Positions 46,114 through 55,117 of a stretch of DNA of 64,000 bases are shown one piece after another. Source of the DNA: a virus; IMG/VR virus record IMGVR_UViG_3300036402_000045, positions 25,783 to 89,782 of that record; one strand, 5' to 3'. Every line of letters begins with the position of its first letter. Position 1 is the first letter of the stretch. The notes beneath the pieces are model-generated. The model saw nothing but the letters and a program-made list of their open reading frames with translations. It had not been told where the DNA came from and ran no database searches. A program made the position numbers and the translations under genes.

Positions 46114-46467
46114 TCATTTTCGGAACATTGACGCCGGATCTCGGAACCGGCCCTTCTTCGCTGGTATCGCCTTCAGCCCTACCCCTGCTACTTCCTTCTT
46201 CGCTTCGTAGACCGGTGCTTCTCGCTTCGGCGGATTGAGAAGCTGGCTGATCCTCATCCGAACTTTCTGTTCTCCCTGCTTCTTGGTCTTTGCTCCTTCC
46301 CCGGCTTCACGAAGCTCGTTCTCGACGTACGCACCCCAGAGGTACACAGCCTCGTCAAAGCAGTAGGCCGTGTAGGGATCGTCAAGACCCATGATGTCGC
46401 TGGGCCTAGTCCCCCATGTCTGCGCCTGCCGGTACAGAGAGAACATCGATTTGCGATTCCGCACGAA
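46114..46467 (-). CDS. tail assembly chaperone extension (frameshift product, or own ATG at 46446)
   Basis: Overlaps the chaperone gene in the +1 frame; WGTRPSDIMG...AYCFDEA. Confidence 0.7.
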   Translation of the reverse strand, partial: FVRNRKSMFSLYRQAQTWGTRPSDIMGLDDPYTAYCFDEAVYLWGAYVENELREAGEGAKTKKQGEQKVRMRISQLLNPPKREAPVYEAKKEVAGVGLKAIPAKKGRFRDPASMFRK

Positions 46468-47032
46468 ACCGGGCCAGGTCAGCGGCAGCCCCCTGAGCAA
46501 CCGCGTAGACGTACATCTTGTCCTGCAACACGACGTTGAAGATCGAGACGGTTCCCGCAGGCGGTCGCCACTTGTTGATCCGATCGGCGTACTGCTTGTC
46601 GTCTTCGGAATCATCACGAACGTCGGGCATCGAGAACTTCGGTTCGAGCACGGCGTTGCAGAAAACCGAATCGAGAAGGTTCATCAACTGCTGCATGACC
46701 TTCATGTCCTTGGCCGACTCTTCGGGGAAGACGTTCGACCCGGTTTCCTGCATTTCCGAAACGATCCCGGCAAGCGGGTTGGGGATGCGACCCGTCGCCA
46801 GCATGATTGGCATGTCCATCGTCCGCTGCATACGAACGACGTTGCCCGAGGGAAGAGGTGTCACGAACCCCTCTTCGGCGGGAGCGGTGGACTGACCCCA
46901 TTCGGACGCCGACGTGACCTGGAGATCATTCGGATTTCGGGGGTCCACCTGCTGTGCTTCGGTGGTGCGACCCTTGTGGGTCGTCTTCTTTGCTGAGGCC
47001 ACTGCCTTCTTAGCAGGGCGGTCTGTCGGCAT
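46406..47032 (-). CDS. tail assembly chaperone
   Basis: Between the major tail and tape measure genes; LPSGNVVRM; RBS AAGGAG. Confidence 0.8.
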   Translation of the reverse strand: MPTDRPAKKAVASAKKTTHKGRTTEAQQVDPRNPNDLQVTSASEWGQSTAPAEEGFVTPLPSGNVVRMQRTMDMPIMLATGRIPNPLAGIVSEMQETGSNVFPEESAKDMKVMQQLMNLLDSVFCNAVLEPKFSMPDVRDDSEDDKQYADRINKWRPPAGTVSIFNVVLQDKMYVYAVAQGAAADLARFRAESQIDVLSVPAGADMGD

Positions 47033-47071
47033 CTGTGCGCTCCTTGACCTGAGTAGTTGGTGGATCGGAAG

Positions 47072-47605
47072 TTAGACGATGGCGGTCTGCGTCTCGTTCT
47101 GCACGAAGTCGTAGATGCGACGGTCCGACGAACGCCCGATGGCGCGACCGGAAGCACCGGTCAGCCAGAAGGCACCATCGGCCATCTCACCGGAAAGCTC
47201 TCCGGTGGCACGGCAGCGGTACAGCAAGACGTGGAAGTCGCCACCCGAGTCCGAGATGGCCTGACCTTCGACCTGGAAGTACGGACGTGCATCAGTATCC
47301 GCCTTTCGGAAGGTCTTGATCTGGTTGGGCGTGGTGCCCGTCTCGATGATGGTGCCGCCGAACATGGACTTGACGGCCTCGAAGCTGATGCCGCCGCCTT
47401 CCAAGTCCCAGTCAGCGGAAGCGCCCATGCCTCGGACGGCAACAACGCCGTCGTCACCACGAAGCTCTTCGAAGTCTTCCGTCTCCGAGAAGGAGAACGT
47501 CCGAGCGTTGGGAAGGTCAACTGAAGCGCCCGCCGTTTCACCAGTCAGCGGACGAATCTTCACGTCGCGCAGACCGAACGGGAGCGGCTGGAATCCGATG
47601 GGCAT
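47072..47605 (-). CDS. major tail (tube) protein
   Basis: PFGLRDVKI, ELRGDD, LYRCRA; position. Confidence 0.8.
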   Translation of the reverse strand: MPIGFQPLPFGLRDVKIRPLTGETAGASVDLPNARTFSFSETEDFEELRGDDGVVAVRGMGASADWDLEGGGISFEAVKSMFGGTIIETGTTPNQIKTFRKADTDARPYFQVEGQAISDSGGDFHVLLYRCRATGELSGEMADGAFWLTGASGRAIGRSSDRRIYDFVQNETQTAIV

Positions 47606-47832
47606 TAGACCTTTGCCTCCTTAGCAAGATGGGTCTTGGTGGGAATGATGCTGTTGGGATCTCGGTACTGCTTGGTGTTGACAAGATCCCCGGTGACGGG
47701 ATGGAAGTAGTGGAAGACCACGACACCCGGCTCATCGCAACACGGCTTCCAACGGCACTTGACTTCAATCAAGCCATCGTCGGTGAGAACCGCATGGAGA
47801 TGGGACGAGCAACGAAGCTCCACTTCTGCCAT
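47605..47832 (-). CDS. small zinc-binding protein (Mu Com-like)
   Basis: ELRCSSHLH...LIEVKCRWKPC. Confidence 0.55.
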   Translation of the reverse strand: MAEVELRCSSHLHAVLTDDGLIEVKCRWKPCCDEPGVVVFHYFHPVTGDLVNTKQYRDPNSIIPTKTHLAKEAKV

Positions 47833-48479
47833 TACGAAGTCCGGGTGCTCCCGCCGACCGTCCCACCGCCGCCACCAGTGGAACCACCAGTGGTCGTGCC
47901 TGCTCCGGAAACTGCGGAACCGGTGTGTGCGGGTGACGAAGGGGAAACTTCCGATGTTGCGGGCTGCTCGTTCTGAACGAGATCGACAAGAGCCTCCTGA
48001 AGCTCTTCCTGGTTCATCTTCGTGCGGCCCTTGATGTTCTTCTCCTTGGCGTACTCCAGCAACTCGGCGCGCGTGGCGTCGGAGCTTCGGATCTTCGCCA
48101 AGATCTCTTCACGGGCGTTGGCCTGTGCAGCGCCAGCCCGAGCGCTCTCGAACGCAGCATCGAGAGCGGCCTGACGAGCCTCTTCCTCTTCGGCCAGCGT
48201 CTTCTGCTGGCCCTCGCGAAGACCCATGAAGGTCTTCTGGTGATCGTTGAGCGGAGTGCGGACGTAATCCGTCACGTCCATGAACGAGTCGTTGAGGATC
48301 AGGTGCTCCCAAACCTCGTCCGAGATCTCGCTGAACGGCTCCGCATCGGTGTCGATCGTCCAACCGTTCTTCCGGTTGAACTCGACATGCACGGGAAGAC
48401 CTTCGGAAAGAACGTCACTGAAGGTGTCACCCTTCAGAAGCTCCTTCACGTCAGCCGTCCCCATATACTTCAGCTTCAT
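47832..48479 (-). CDS. hypothetical virion-region protein with Rho-N-like domain
   Basis: TRAELLEYAKEKNIKGRTKMNQEELQEAL. Confidence 0.7.
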   Translation of the reverse strand: MKLKYMGTADVKELLKGDTFSDVLSEGLPVHVEFNRKNGWTIDTDAEPFSEISDEVWEHLILNDSFMDVTDYVRTPLNDHQKTFMGLREGQQKTLAEEEEARQAALDAAFESARAGAAQANAREEILAKIRSSDATRAELLEYAKEKNIKGRTKMNQEELQEALVDLVQNEQPATSEVSPSSPAHTGSAVSGAGTTTGGSTGGGGGTVGGSTRTS

Positions 48480-48497
48480 TTCAGAATCTCCTTCTGC

Positions 48498-48824
48498 TCA
48501 GGGCAGGTTGATGACGGCCATCGTGACCGTTGCGGTGGCGCTGAACTGAACGGTCACAAGACCGTTTGCGTCGTTGAACAGAGCAGCGTCCAGCGAGATC
48601 AAACGGTCCTGCCCAGCCGGGACAGCGATGACTTGGTTGGGAACAGTGACGTGCCCCATCCGACCGACACCGACGAGGGTGACGTTGATGGAAGCGCCGC
48701 TGCCGTTCCGAACCAGAAGGACAGTGACGCCACCCGGATTCGGAACCGTGTCGCTTGCGCTGACGGCGTTGTAGACCGGCGCGACACCGACCGGGGTTGC
48801 AACTTGAGCCTGTAGTGCTGCCAA
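48498..48824 (-). CDS. small beta-rich virion protein
   Basis: 108 aa; RBS GAAGGAG. Confidence 0.7.
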   Translation of the reverse strand: MAALQAQVATPVGVAPVYNAVSASDTVPNPGGVTVLLVRNGSGASINVTLVGVGRMGHVTVPNQVIAVPAGQDRLISLDAALFNDANGLVTVQFSATATVTMAVINLP

Positions 48825-48839
48825 CTCCTTCTCCCTTGT

Positions 48840-49283
48840 TTAGTTGCTGACGGTGAAGCGGGCCGTGCCAAAGCGTACCCCGCTATGTTGATCGGGGTCC
48901 GTAATGCGCTGTGACACTCCATCCCATCTGGAATAGGAGCATCGGAACGTTGTTCCGTCCTCGACAACGGTGAACGGAACCATTCCTTTGACAATCCTTC
49001 TGATCTCTCGGAGGATCAGATTGATGCGTCCGTAGTCCCCGAGTTCGTCGTAGACGTAGAACGTGTAGATCCGCATCTCGGCGTTGGAAGTTTCGGAAAC
49101 CTCCTGGAACGGTGACGACGGAAGCTCGTTGTAGACAACGTACGGGAACTCAGGGATCTCGAAATTGTCGCCCTCGCCAAGAGCACCGGACGAATAGAAC
49201 CACGGCTGTTCAGTCCTGCGAACAGCGAATATCGCCTTGAGCGCGTCGTCGTCGTTGATGGTGGTGAACAGATGCGCGTCCAT
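48840..49283 (-). CDS. tail terminator-like protein
   Basis: PEFPYVVY; position in the head-tail block. Confidence 0.65.
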   Translation of the reverse strand: MDAHLFTTINDDDALKAIFAVRRTEQPWFYSSGALGEGDNFEIPEFPYVVYNELPSSPFQEVSETSNAEMRIYTFYVYDELGDYGRINLILREIRRIVKGMVPFTVVEDGTTFRCSYSRWDGVSQRITDPDQHSGVRFGTARFTVSN

Positions 49284-49852
49284 CAGGTCATCGTCCTGAT
49301 CTTGTCCCCGATTTGCGGAGCAAAGTGGTGGATGGTCGGAAGGACGATGGCGTACTTGCCGCCCCATCGGACTTCGAGCCAGATGCCGTAGTAGATGTCC
49401 TTGCCGTGTCCGAGGAAGATTGTGAAGTGGGTTGCGTCACTCCACACAACAGCGCCCTGGAGTCCTTCACGCGCATCAGTCGTTCGGTCTTTCCACGGAG
49501 CGTTGTCCTTGGCCCAAGCAACCATCTCGTCCTTGAGAGCTTCGATCTTCTGGCGCAGGGGGCCGTCGCCAGTGAACTTGATCCCGTACGCCTCCATGTT
49601 GTCAGCGACTTCGGAAAGCCCCTGCCAAGCGAAGCCCCATCCACCACCGAAGCGACCGGATGAGTCACGAACCTGCTGACGGTGGTACTCCCGGTAAATG
49701 GCGGAACCCCAGTCCTCTCCAGAGTTGGACTGGAACGGGACGTTGGTTCGGAAACCGCCGTTGGACATCGGCCTCGGCATCCGGGCGGAACCGGGAACGC
49801 GACGGCCACTGGTGCCGGGAATGGGAGCGGAACGGTTGTAGCCACTAGCCAC
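49283..49852 (-). CDS. HK97 gp10-like neck protein
   Basis: AKDNAPWKDRTTDAR, YGIWLEVRWGGKYAIVLPT. Confidence 0.75.
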   Translation of the reverse strand: MASGYNRSAPIPGTSGRRVPGSARMPRPMSNGGFRTNVPFQSNSGEDWGSAIYREYHRQQVRDSSGRFGGGWGFAWQGLSEVADNMEAYGIKFTGDGPLRQKIEALKDEMVAWAKDNAPWKDRTTDAREGLQGAVVWSDATHFTIFLGHGKDIYYGIWLEVRWGGKYAIVLPTIHHFAPQIGDKIRTMT

Positions 49853-50213
49853 GGCGGTCCACCCATCCCTTCCGCTGATATTCCGAAGTTACGGGATCGA
49901 TCTTGAAGACCCGATAGTCCTCGCCGTTGACGGTGAACTCGTCATCTTCCTGAATGTCGTCGCCCTGCTCTCCGATAAGCACGTAACCCGCGGCGATTCG
50001 CTGACCGTTCAAGGTCGTGATGACAACGGGGTTGCCGCTCACCGAACCGAAGTAGCGAATGACAGGAGCAAGATCGATTGCATCATCGACACGACGAATG
50101 CCACCAGCAGCGGTACGAACCTGCTCTCCCTTGCGCCGAAGCTGGATCTCGGTCCCGAACTCCGCAATGAGGTTCGCGGTCGTCTTTCGGTTTTCGTCCG
50201 TGTAGATGCTCAC
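49845..50213 (-). CDS. head-to-tail stopper-like protein
   Basis: Position; DIQEDDEFTVNGEDYRV. Confidence 0.65.
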   Translation of the reverse strand: MSIYTDENRKTTANLIAEFGTEIQLRRKGEQVRTAAGGIRRVDDAIDLAPVIRYFGSVSGNPVVITTLNGQRIAAGYVLIGEQGDDIQEDDEFTVNGEDYRVFKIDPVTSEYQRKGWVDRRG

Positions 50214-50950
50214 GATCCGGTCCAGTTCCCGGAAAGCACGGAAGCGAAGCGCTTGAGCGGGTAAACCCGAACGTGCTCGCTGTAACCAGAGAACGGTGTG
50301 CCTTCCACCAGCGAGTCATTCGACTGATCGAGGCACACAACCCGTCCGACGACTCTCCAGCCGCTCCTGAAGGCTTCCAGGACGTTCTCAGCCCGTTCTG
50401 CGAAGTTGTCGGCCATCTCTTGCGCCTGGTGGAACTTCTGCGAGAGCGCACGGGAGCTTCCAGACTCATCGATGTCGATCAACTCGGCGTAATGAGCCGC
50501 CTTTGCCCGCCAAGCGATCGAAGCAGCGGAGTTGATGTCACCGCCACCTTCATTCAGAATCAATTGCAGATCATGGTTCGAGAAGAACGCATCTGCTTCG
50601 GTCTTGTTCGTGGGAATGCGATCTCCAGCCATCATGCGGAGAAACGCAACGTCATCGAACGTGACCGCCATACCGGGAAGAACGACTTCGAACCATTCCT
50701 CTCCCGGCGAAACGGGACCGCCGAGATAGGTGCCGGTCCAAACGGCTCGATACCAACCGATGCCTTCGGTGGCTTCCCACTCTGCGCTGTAGCTGCCAAG
50801 CCCTTGCCACTCTGGAACGACCGGACCGAAAACCGAAACTCCGTCAGCGTTGAAGATCTCGAACGCAGGAGCGGTCACATCGACGGGAAGGCCACCCGCG
50901 TTCCGGTAGGTCGTGGTCATCGTGACGGTCTGGTCTTGGACAGCCTGCAT
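50210..50950 (-). CDS. head-to-tail adaptor with N-terminal Ig-like domain
   Basis: LRMMAGD...FFSNHDLQLIL...AASIAWRAKAA. Confidence 0.7.
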   Translation of the reverse strand: MQAVQDQTVTMTTTYRNAGGLPVDVTAPAFEIFNADGVSVFGPVVPEWQGLGSYSAEWEATEGIGWYRAVWTGTYLGGPVSPGEEWFEVVLPGMAVTFDDVAFLRMMAGDRIPTNKTEADAFFSNHDLQLILNEGGGDINSAASIAWRAKAAHYAELIDIDESGSSRALSQKFHQAQEMADNFAERAENVLEAFRSGWRVVGRVVCLDQSNDSLVEGTPFSGYSEHVRVYPLKRFASVLSGNWTGS

Positions 50951-50974
50951 TTCGGAAACCCTTTCCTACGTCAA

Positions 50975-51012
50975 GAGGGCCGAGCCAGGTTGTGACACCC
51001 GACCCGGCCCTC
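50975..51012 (-). terminator. intergenic hairpin after the capsid block
   Basis: GAGGGCCG ... CGGCCCTC inverted repeat. Confidence 0.45.
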
Positions 51013-51035
51013 CATTCTGCACTTGTGAAGCGGAA

Positions 51036-51575
51036 CTACTCCGACGACTCCGAGGCAGCCTGACGGCGGCGAGCGGACTTCTTCGCGGCCTGAGCCTTCT
51101 TCGCCCGGACGCCACCGCTGCGAACCCGAGAAACCTGCTCTTCGGGATCGTCGGTGTTCAGCCCAAGCTCATCCTGCTCTTCCGCGATGGCCGCACGGCG
51201 CTGGTCGTCCTCTTCCTCATCGGAAAGCTCGTCCTCATCGGACTCACGGCTCTCTTCGAGGGAACGACGCTTCTTCGCGTGCACGGCCTGGACTTCGGCC
51301 TCCTGCCACGGCTTCGGCTTCGTCGGGTCCGAGAAGCGGGCGACGACTTCAGCAGCCTCGTCCTCTTCGTGAACCTCGTCGTACTCCGACTGGGTGGCGA
51401 CTTCGAGAACGCCACGACCAAGCTGCACACGAACGTACGCAGCCTGATCCTCGTCCTCCGGGAACTCCTTCACGTCCAGCCCCGCAATCGACCAGCCGCT
51501 TCCTCCGGTGACATCGGCCACCATCTGAAGAGCAAGGCGATTGGCGAGACGAACGAATGAGGGGTCGTTCGGCAT
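51036..51575 (-). CDS. acidic hypothetical protein
   Basis: RBS AAAGGAG; follows the major capsid gene. Confidence 0.7.
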   Translation of the reverse strand: MPNDPSFVRLANRLALQMVADVTGGSGWSIAGLDVKEFPEDEDQAAYVRVQLGRGVLEVATQSEYDEVHEEDEAAEVVARFSDPTKPKPWQEAEVQAVHAKKRRSLEESRESDEDELSDEEEDDQRRAAIAEEQDELGLNTDDPEEQVSRVRSGGVRAKKAQAAKKSARRRQAASESSE

Positions 51576-51596
51576 CTTTCGGATTCTCCTTTCGCC

Positions 51597-52703
51597 TTAG
51601 ACGCTGGGCGGCGTCGGGCCGGGGTTGGTGGCGAGGTTGGTCGAGTAGTCCAGAACCATGCGACCATCCTTGAAGATGTTCGCGAAGCCCGTGATGATCG
51701 ACACGTACTCGCCCTCGATCTGACGGGACACGATCCGCTCGCTCTCGATGAGAAGCGGCATGGCCGTCAACTGGATGAAGGCACGGGCGACATCGATCAG
51801 GATGATCTTCTTCGCGGGCACCGAGTCGTGGACGAAGATGTCCTGCGACGTGGGGAGAGGCGTGGTGACGTTGAGCGTCACCGGCGAGGGCGTCGTGGCA
51901 CCGGCCCCGACCGTCCGCTGGAACTCCGGAAGGTTCAGGATGGTGACGGCATCCGACTCGTTGGTGAGCATGACCGTGCTGTTGCGCCCGATCCTGCGGA
52001 ACCGAATCCACGCACGCGTGAGATCGGAATACAGGAGCGTGTTGGCGGTCGCAGCGCCGATCACGGGAGCCGCTTCGGAAGCATCGGCCTGGTCACCGTT
52101 GATGGCGATGTTGATGAGATCTCGATCGAGATCGGCACCAAGCTGCGTGCCAAGCTCTTCGAAGTAGATCGCGGCCAGGTCGATCGGGGTGAACATGATC
52201 GACTCGTAGGTCTGCTTCAGACCCCGCGCCTTCTTCTTGATCGTGACCTGCTTCTCACGCCAGGTGATGATCTCGCCTTCGGGGATCGTCGCACCCTCAT
52301 TCACGTCCCGAAGCTGAACTTCGGAACGATCCGTGAGGCTGGTGAAGTCCATGAAGGGCATCGTGAGGCCGGTGCCTCCGATGTTCTCTTCGGCGGCGAT
52401 GAGGCCGCGGAAGAACGGGGTGTATTCCAAACCCCGTCGGATGGCGTCGCGGAAGATCTCCGGGAACAGCCAGCGATTCAACTCGCTGGTGTTCAACATC
52501 TTCTCGACGGTCATCTCCTTCATCTCGATGCCGAGGGACCGGTAGAACTTCTCCGGGGTCATCTCGTCATCGAAGGACTCCTTCAGGAACGACTTGAGAG
52601 ACACGTCCTTGCGGTTCTTCCGAAGCCGCTGCATCTCCTTGTGGAACGCCTCCATCGGGAAGGATTCCTTGTCGAGCGCTGTGGTGCTGAACTTGGTCGG
52701 CAT
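51597..52703 (-). CDS. major capsid protein (HK97 fold)
   Basis: 368 aa; VNEGATIP, ESERIVSRQIEG; strong RBS GGAGGA; position after the decoration gene. Confidence 0.85.
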   Translation of the reverse strand: MPTKFSTTALDKESFPMEAFHKEMQRLRKNRKDVSLKSFLKESFDDEMTPEKFYRSLGIEMKEMTVEKMLNTSELNRWLFPEIFRDAIRRGLEYTPFFRGLIAAEENIGGTGLTMPFMDFTSLTDRSEVQLRDVNEGATIPEGEIITWREKQVTIKKKARGLKQTYESIMFTPIDLAAIYFEELGTQLGADLDRDLINIAINGDQADASEAAPVIGAATANTLLYSDLTRAWIRFRRIGRNSTVMLTNESDAVTILNLPEFQRTVGAGATTPSPVTLNVTTPLPTSQDIFVHDSVPAKKIILIDVARAFIQLTAMPLLIESERIVSRQIEGEYVSIITGFANIFKDGRMVLDYSTNLATNPGPTPPSV

Positions 52704-52723
52704 GACTGTTTGTTCCTCCTTCC

Positions 52724-53140
52724 CTAGCTTGCAGCCGTGATGAGAACGTCAACCTTGACGGCTGCGCCCGCGGCTGGCATGAGTGCGATTCCGATTGTGG
52801 CGACACCGCCGCCTGCGGCGAGCAGAGCGCCCGCAGCCCCGATGCCGACGTTTGCACCGGCAGCGAACGCGCCACCGGAAGTCATCCGTCGAACCATGAC
52901 GCCACGGGCTTCCACCGTGACATCACCGGGAACCTTGTTGACCGGAAAGTTTCCGGTGCCTGCCTGACGCATCTTGTTGGCGACTGACACGAAGCCCACA
53001 ACAGGCTTCGTCCCGTCAGCAAGACCGCACTCGTACGGGCCGGTAACCATGACCGGATCTCCGACAGCGAGCGCGACCTGTGCCTCCAAGGTGATCGCCA
53101 GCAGGCCGGTGATCTTCCCTCCTGCGGCCTTCGTGACCAT
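52724..53140 (-). CDS. capsid decoration/cement protein
   Basis: Gly/Ala-rich 138-aa protein between protease and capsid genes. Confidence 0.7.
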   Translation of the reverse strand: MVTKAAGGKITGLLAITLEAQVALAVGDPVMVTGPYECGLADGTKPVVGFVSVANKMRQAGTGNFPVNKVPGDVTVEARGVMVRRMTSGGAFAAGANVGIGAAGALLAAGGGVATIGIALMPAAGAAVKVDVLITAAS

Positions 53141-53206
53141 TGCTTGATGTCCCTCCTTCGGGGGTGTGTAGCCGAGTATGCCCTACGAACTGCTCAATTC
53201 CCGAAA

Positions 53207-55015
53207 CTACGAATGCAGCCGGGAAACCTTCTCGTCGTCATCCTTCTGCCACTCGATGTCACCAGCGGGGGTCCGCTCGTTCACATCGTCTCCAGCGGGA
53301 ACAGAAGACCGACGACTGGCCTTCTGCGGGAACTTGGCTCGCGCCATGTCCTTGTTCTCTTCGATGAGGCCCTTGATGAGATCCACATCGTCACCGCATC
53401 GAGCCAGGATCTTCTCGAACAGTTCGGTCTTGACCGGAACCGTGTCAGCGCTCTTGTGCGCCTTCACGTACCAGTCAATCGCTTCTGCTCGAAGCTCGAT
53501 CAGGAACGTCTCTCCGATCGCGGCCTTTTCGGAAAGAGCCTTGTGTTCGGCACCGAGAGCGGCGAAGACGGCGGGAAGTGCGTTCTTCCTACTGGCCTTC
53601 TTTGCGGCATCGATGATTGCGGCGGGAAGACCTGCGGAGGTTGCGAGAGCGACAACGTTCTGATCCGTTTCCGAATCCACGTTCTCATCCTCGTCATCAT
53701 CCTCCGGCTCACGGTCGGAATCGTCGTCTTCCTCGTCGTCGTCACCGCTCTCGGCGTCGTCCTCGTCGGACGCAGCGGCGGTCGCTAGACCCCCTTCGTG
53801 TTCCGACCCTCCTGCTTCGGCGTCCCCGCCGACTTGCTCTTCGCCGCCGCCGTCCCCTTCGACGGAGCGGCCTTGAAGGTCGATTGCTTGATCCGGGTCC
53901 CCCGCATCATGTTCGACCAGCCCTTCGATCCCTTCGCCATCAGGTGCTTCCTCGCTTTCATCGTTGTCGGTGGTTGCTGCCTTGCCGAGACTTCCGATCT
54001 CGTCCGTCTCGGGGTCGAACTGCCAGATGAGCTTCTGGTCATCGACCCACTTCAGAGTCCCGTCCTCGTTCTCGGTCACGCCGAAACGCATCCGAGCTTC
54101 GGTCACACGCCGCGGCTCCTTGTGGAGCGGAAGCGCATCGGACTCGGATTCCGAAAGACCGATGATCGGAACTCCCTTCGCTGCGGCCTTCATCACCGAA
54201 GCGAACTCGGGCGTCTTCTCCAGGGCAGCGAAATACTGCGCGCCCAAGAAGACCTGCGAAAGCTCGTACATGTCCTTCGGGTCATCGAAGTCCCGGATGC
54301 ACTTCTGAGCGCCGCTGGTCTTGGGGTCGCACGGTGTCGGCCAACCCCAAGCGTCCTCTTCGGCGTCCTCGGTGTAGTAGAGGCCCTTGTCGTGCCCGTT
54401 CTGGCACCACCAGCCCCACGACGAGAACGGAGCCTTGCAGAAGGACAGGGAGCACTCATCGGAACCGAGCATGACGCCAACCGAAACGGCCCAGTTGATT
54501 CCGAAGTCGATGTCCTCGATGAAGCCCTTGTTCTTCTCCGTGTTCGGCACGTAAACCTCGTTGGTGAGGAACAGCGCCGAATCGACCTTCTTGGTGTCGG
54601 TTCCGAAGATCCGACCCACAGCGTTCTCGACCTTGTAGACGTGATCGAGCATGTAGCTCTTGCCGGTCGGTGAGAACGGCTGCTCCAGGGCCGCAAAGCC
54701 CTTTACGCACTCGGTCTTGAACCGATCATCGTCCCGGTCCGGAATGTCGTTGCACGACAGCGTGGTGAAAGCCACGACTTCATCGGCGGTGACGGCCTTG
54801 CGGGTGAACTTGTTGATCCGCTCCAACTGCTCGTCGGTCGGACGCATCGTGGCCCCGGTTTCGGAAACCAGATCGTCGCCACCATCGGTGGTCTTGACGA
54901 GAGCGGCACGCTTGTCGATGAGTCCCTTGCGGGCCTTGATCGCGTCCCTGTCGTCAGCGACAGCCGACGAGAGCTTGACCTTCTGGGGATGCTCTCGCTT
55001 CTTCAGCACCGTCAC
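53207..55015 (-). CDS. capsid maturation protease-scaffold fusion
   Basis: DRDDDRF, MLDH, AVSVG, YELSQVFLGAQ; acidic linker and helical C-terminus. Confidence 0.75.
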   Translation of the reverse strand: MTVLKKREHPQKVKLSSAVADDRDAIKARKGLIDKRAALVKTTDGGDDLVSETGATMRPTDEQLERINKFTRKAVTADEVVAFTTLSCNDIPDRDDDRFKTECVKGFAALEQPFSPTGKSYMLDHVYKVENAVGRIFGTDTKKVDSALFLTNEVYVPNTEKNKGFIEDIDFGINWAVSVGVMLGSDECSLSFCKAPFSSWGWWCQNGHDKGLYYTEDAEEDAWGWPTPCDPKTSGAQKCIRDFDDPKDMYELSQVFLGAQYFAALEKTPEFASVMKAAAKGVPIIGLSESESDALPLHKEPRRVTEARMRFGVTENEDGTLKWVDDQKLIWQFDPETDEIGSLGKAATTDNDESEEAPDGEGIEGLVEHDAGDPDQAIDLQGRSVEGDGGGEEQVGGDAEAGGSEHEGGLATAAASDEDDAESGDDDEEDDDSDREPEDDDEDENVDSETDQNVVALATSAGLPAAIIDAAKKASRKNALPAVFAALGAEHKALSEKAAIGETFLIELRAEAIDWYVKAHKSADTVPVKTELFEKILARCGDDVDLIKGLIEENKDMARAKFPQKASRRSSVPAGDDVNERTPAGDIEWQKDDDEKVSRLHS

Positions 55016-55117
55016 TTGCGGATCTCCTTGCCCTTGCCCTGGAACGTCTTGCCGGAATTGGCAACCTTCTCTGCGATCTTCGCTTCCGGAGGATTCTCGC
55101 CCTTCGGAGTGTCCTTC

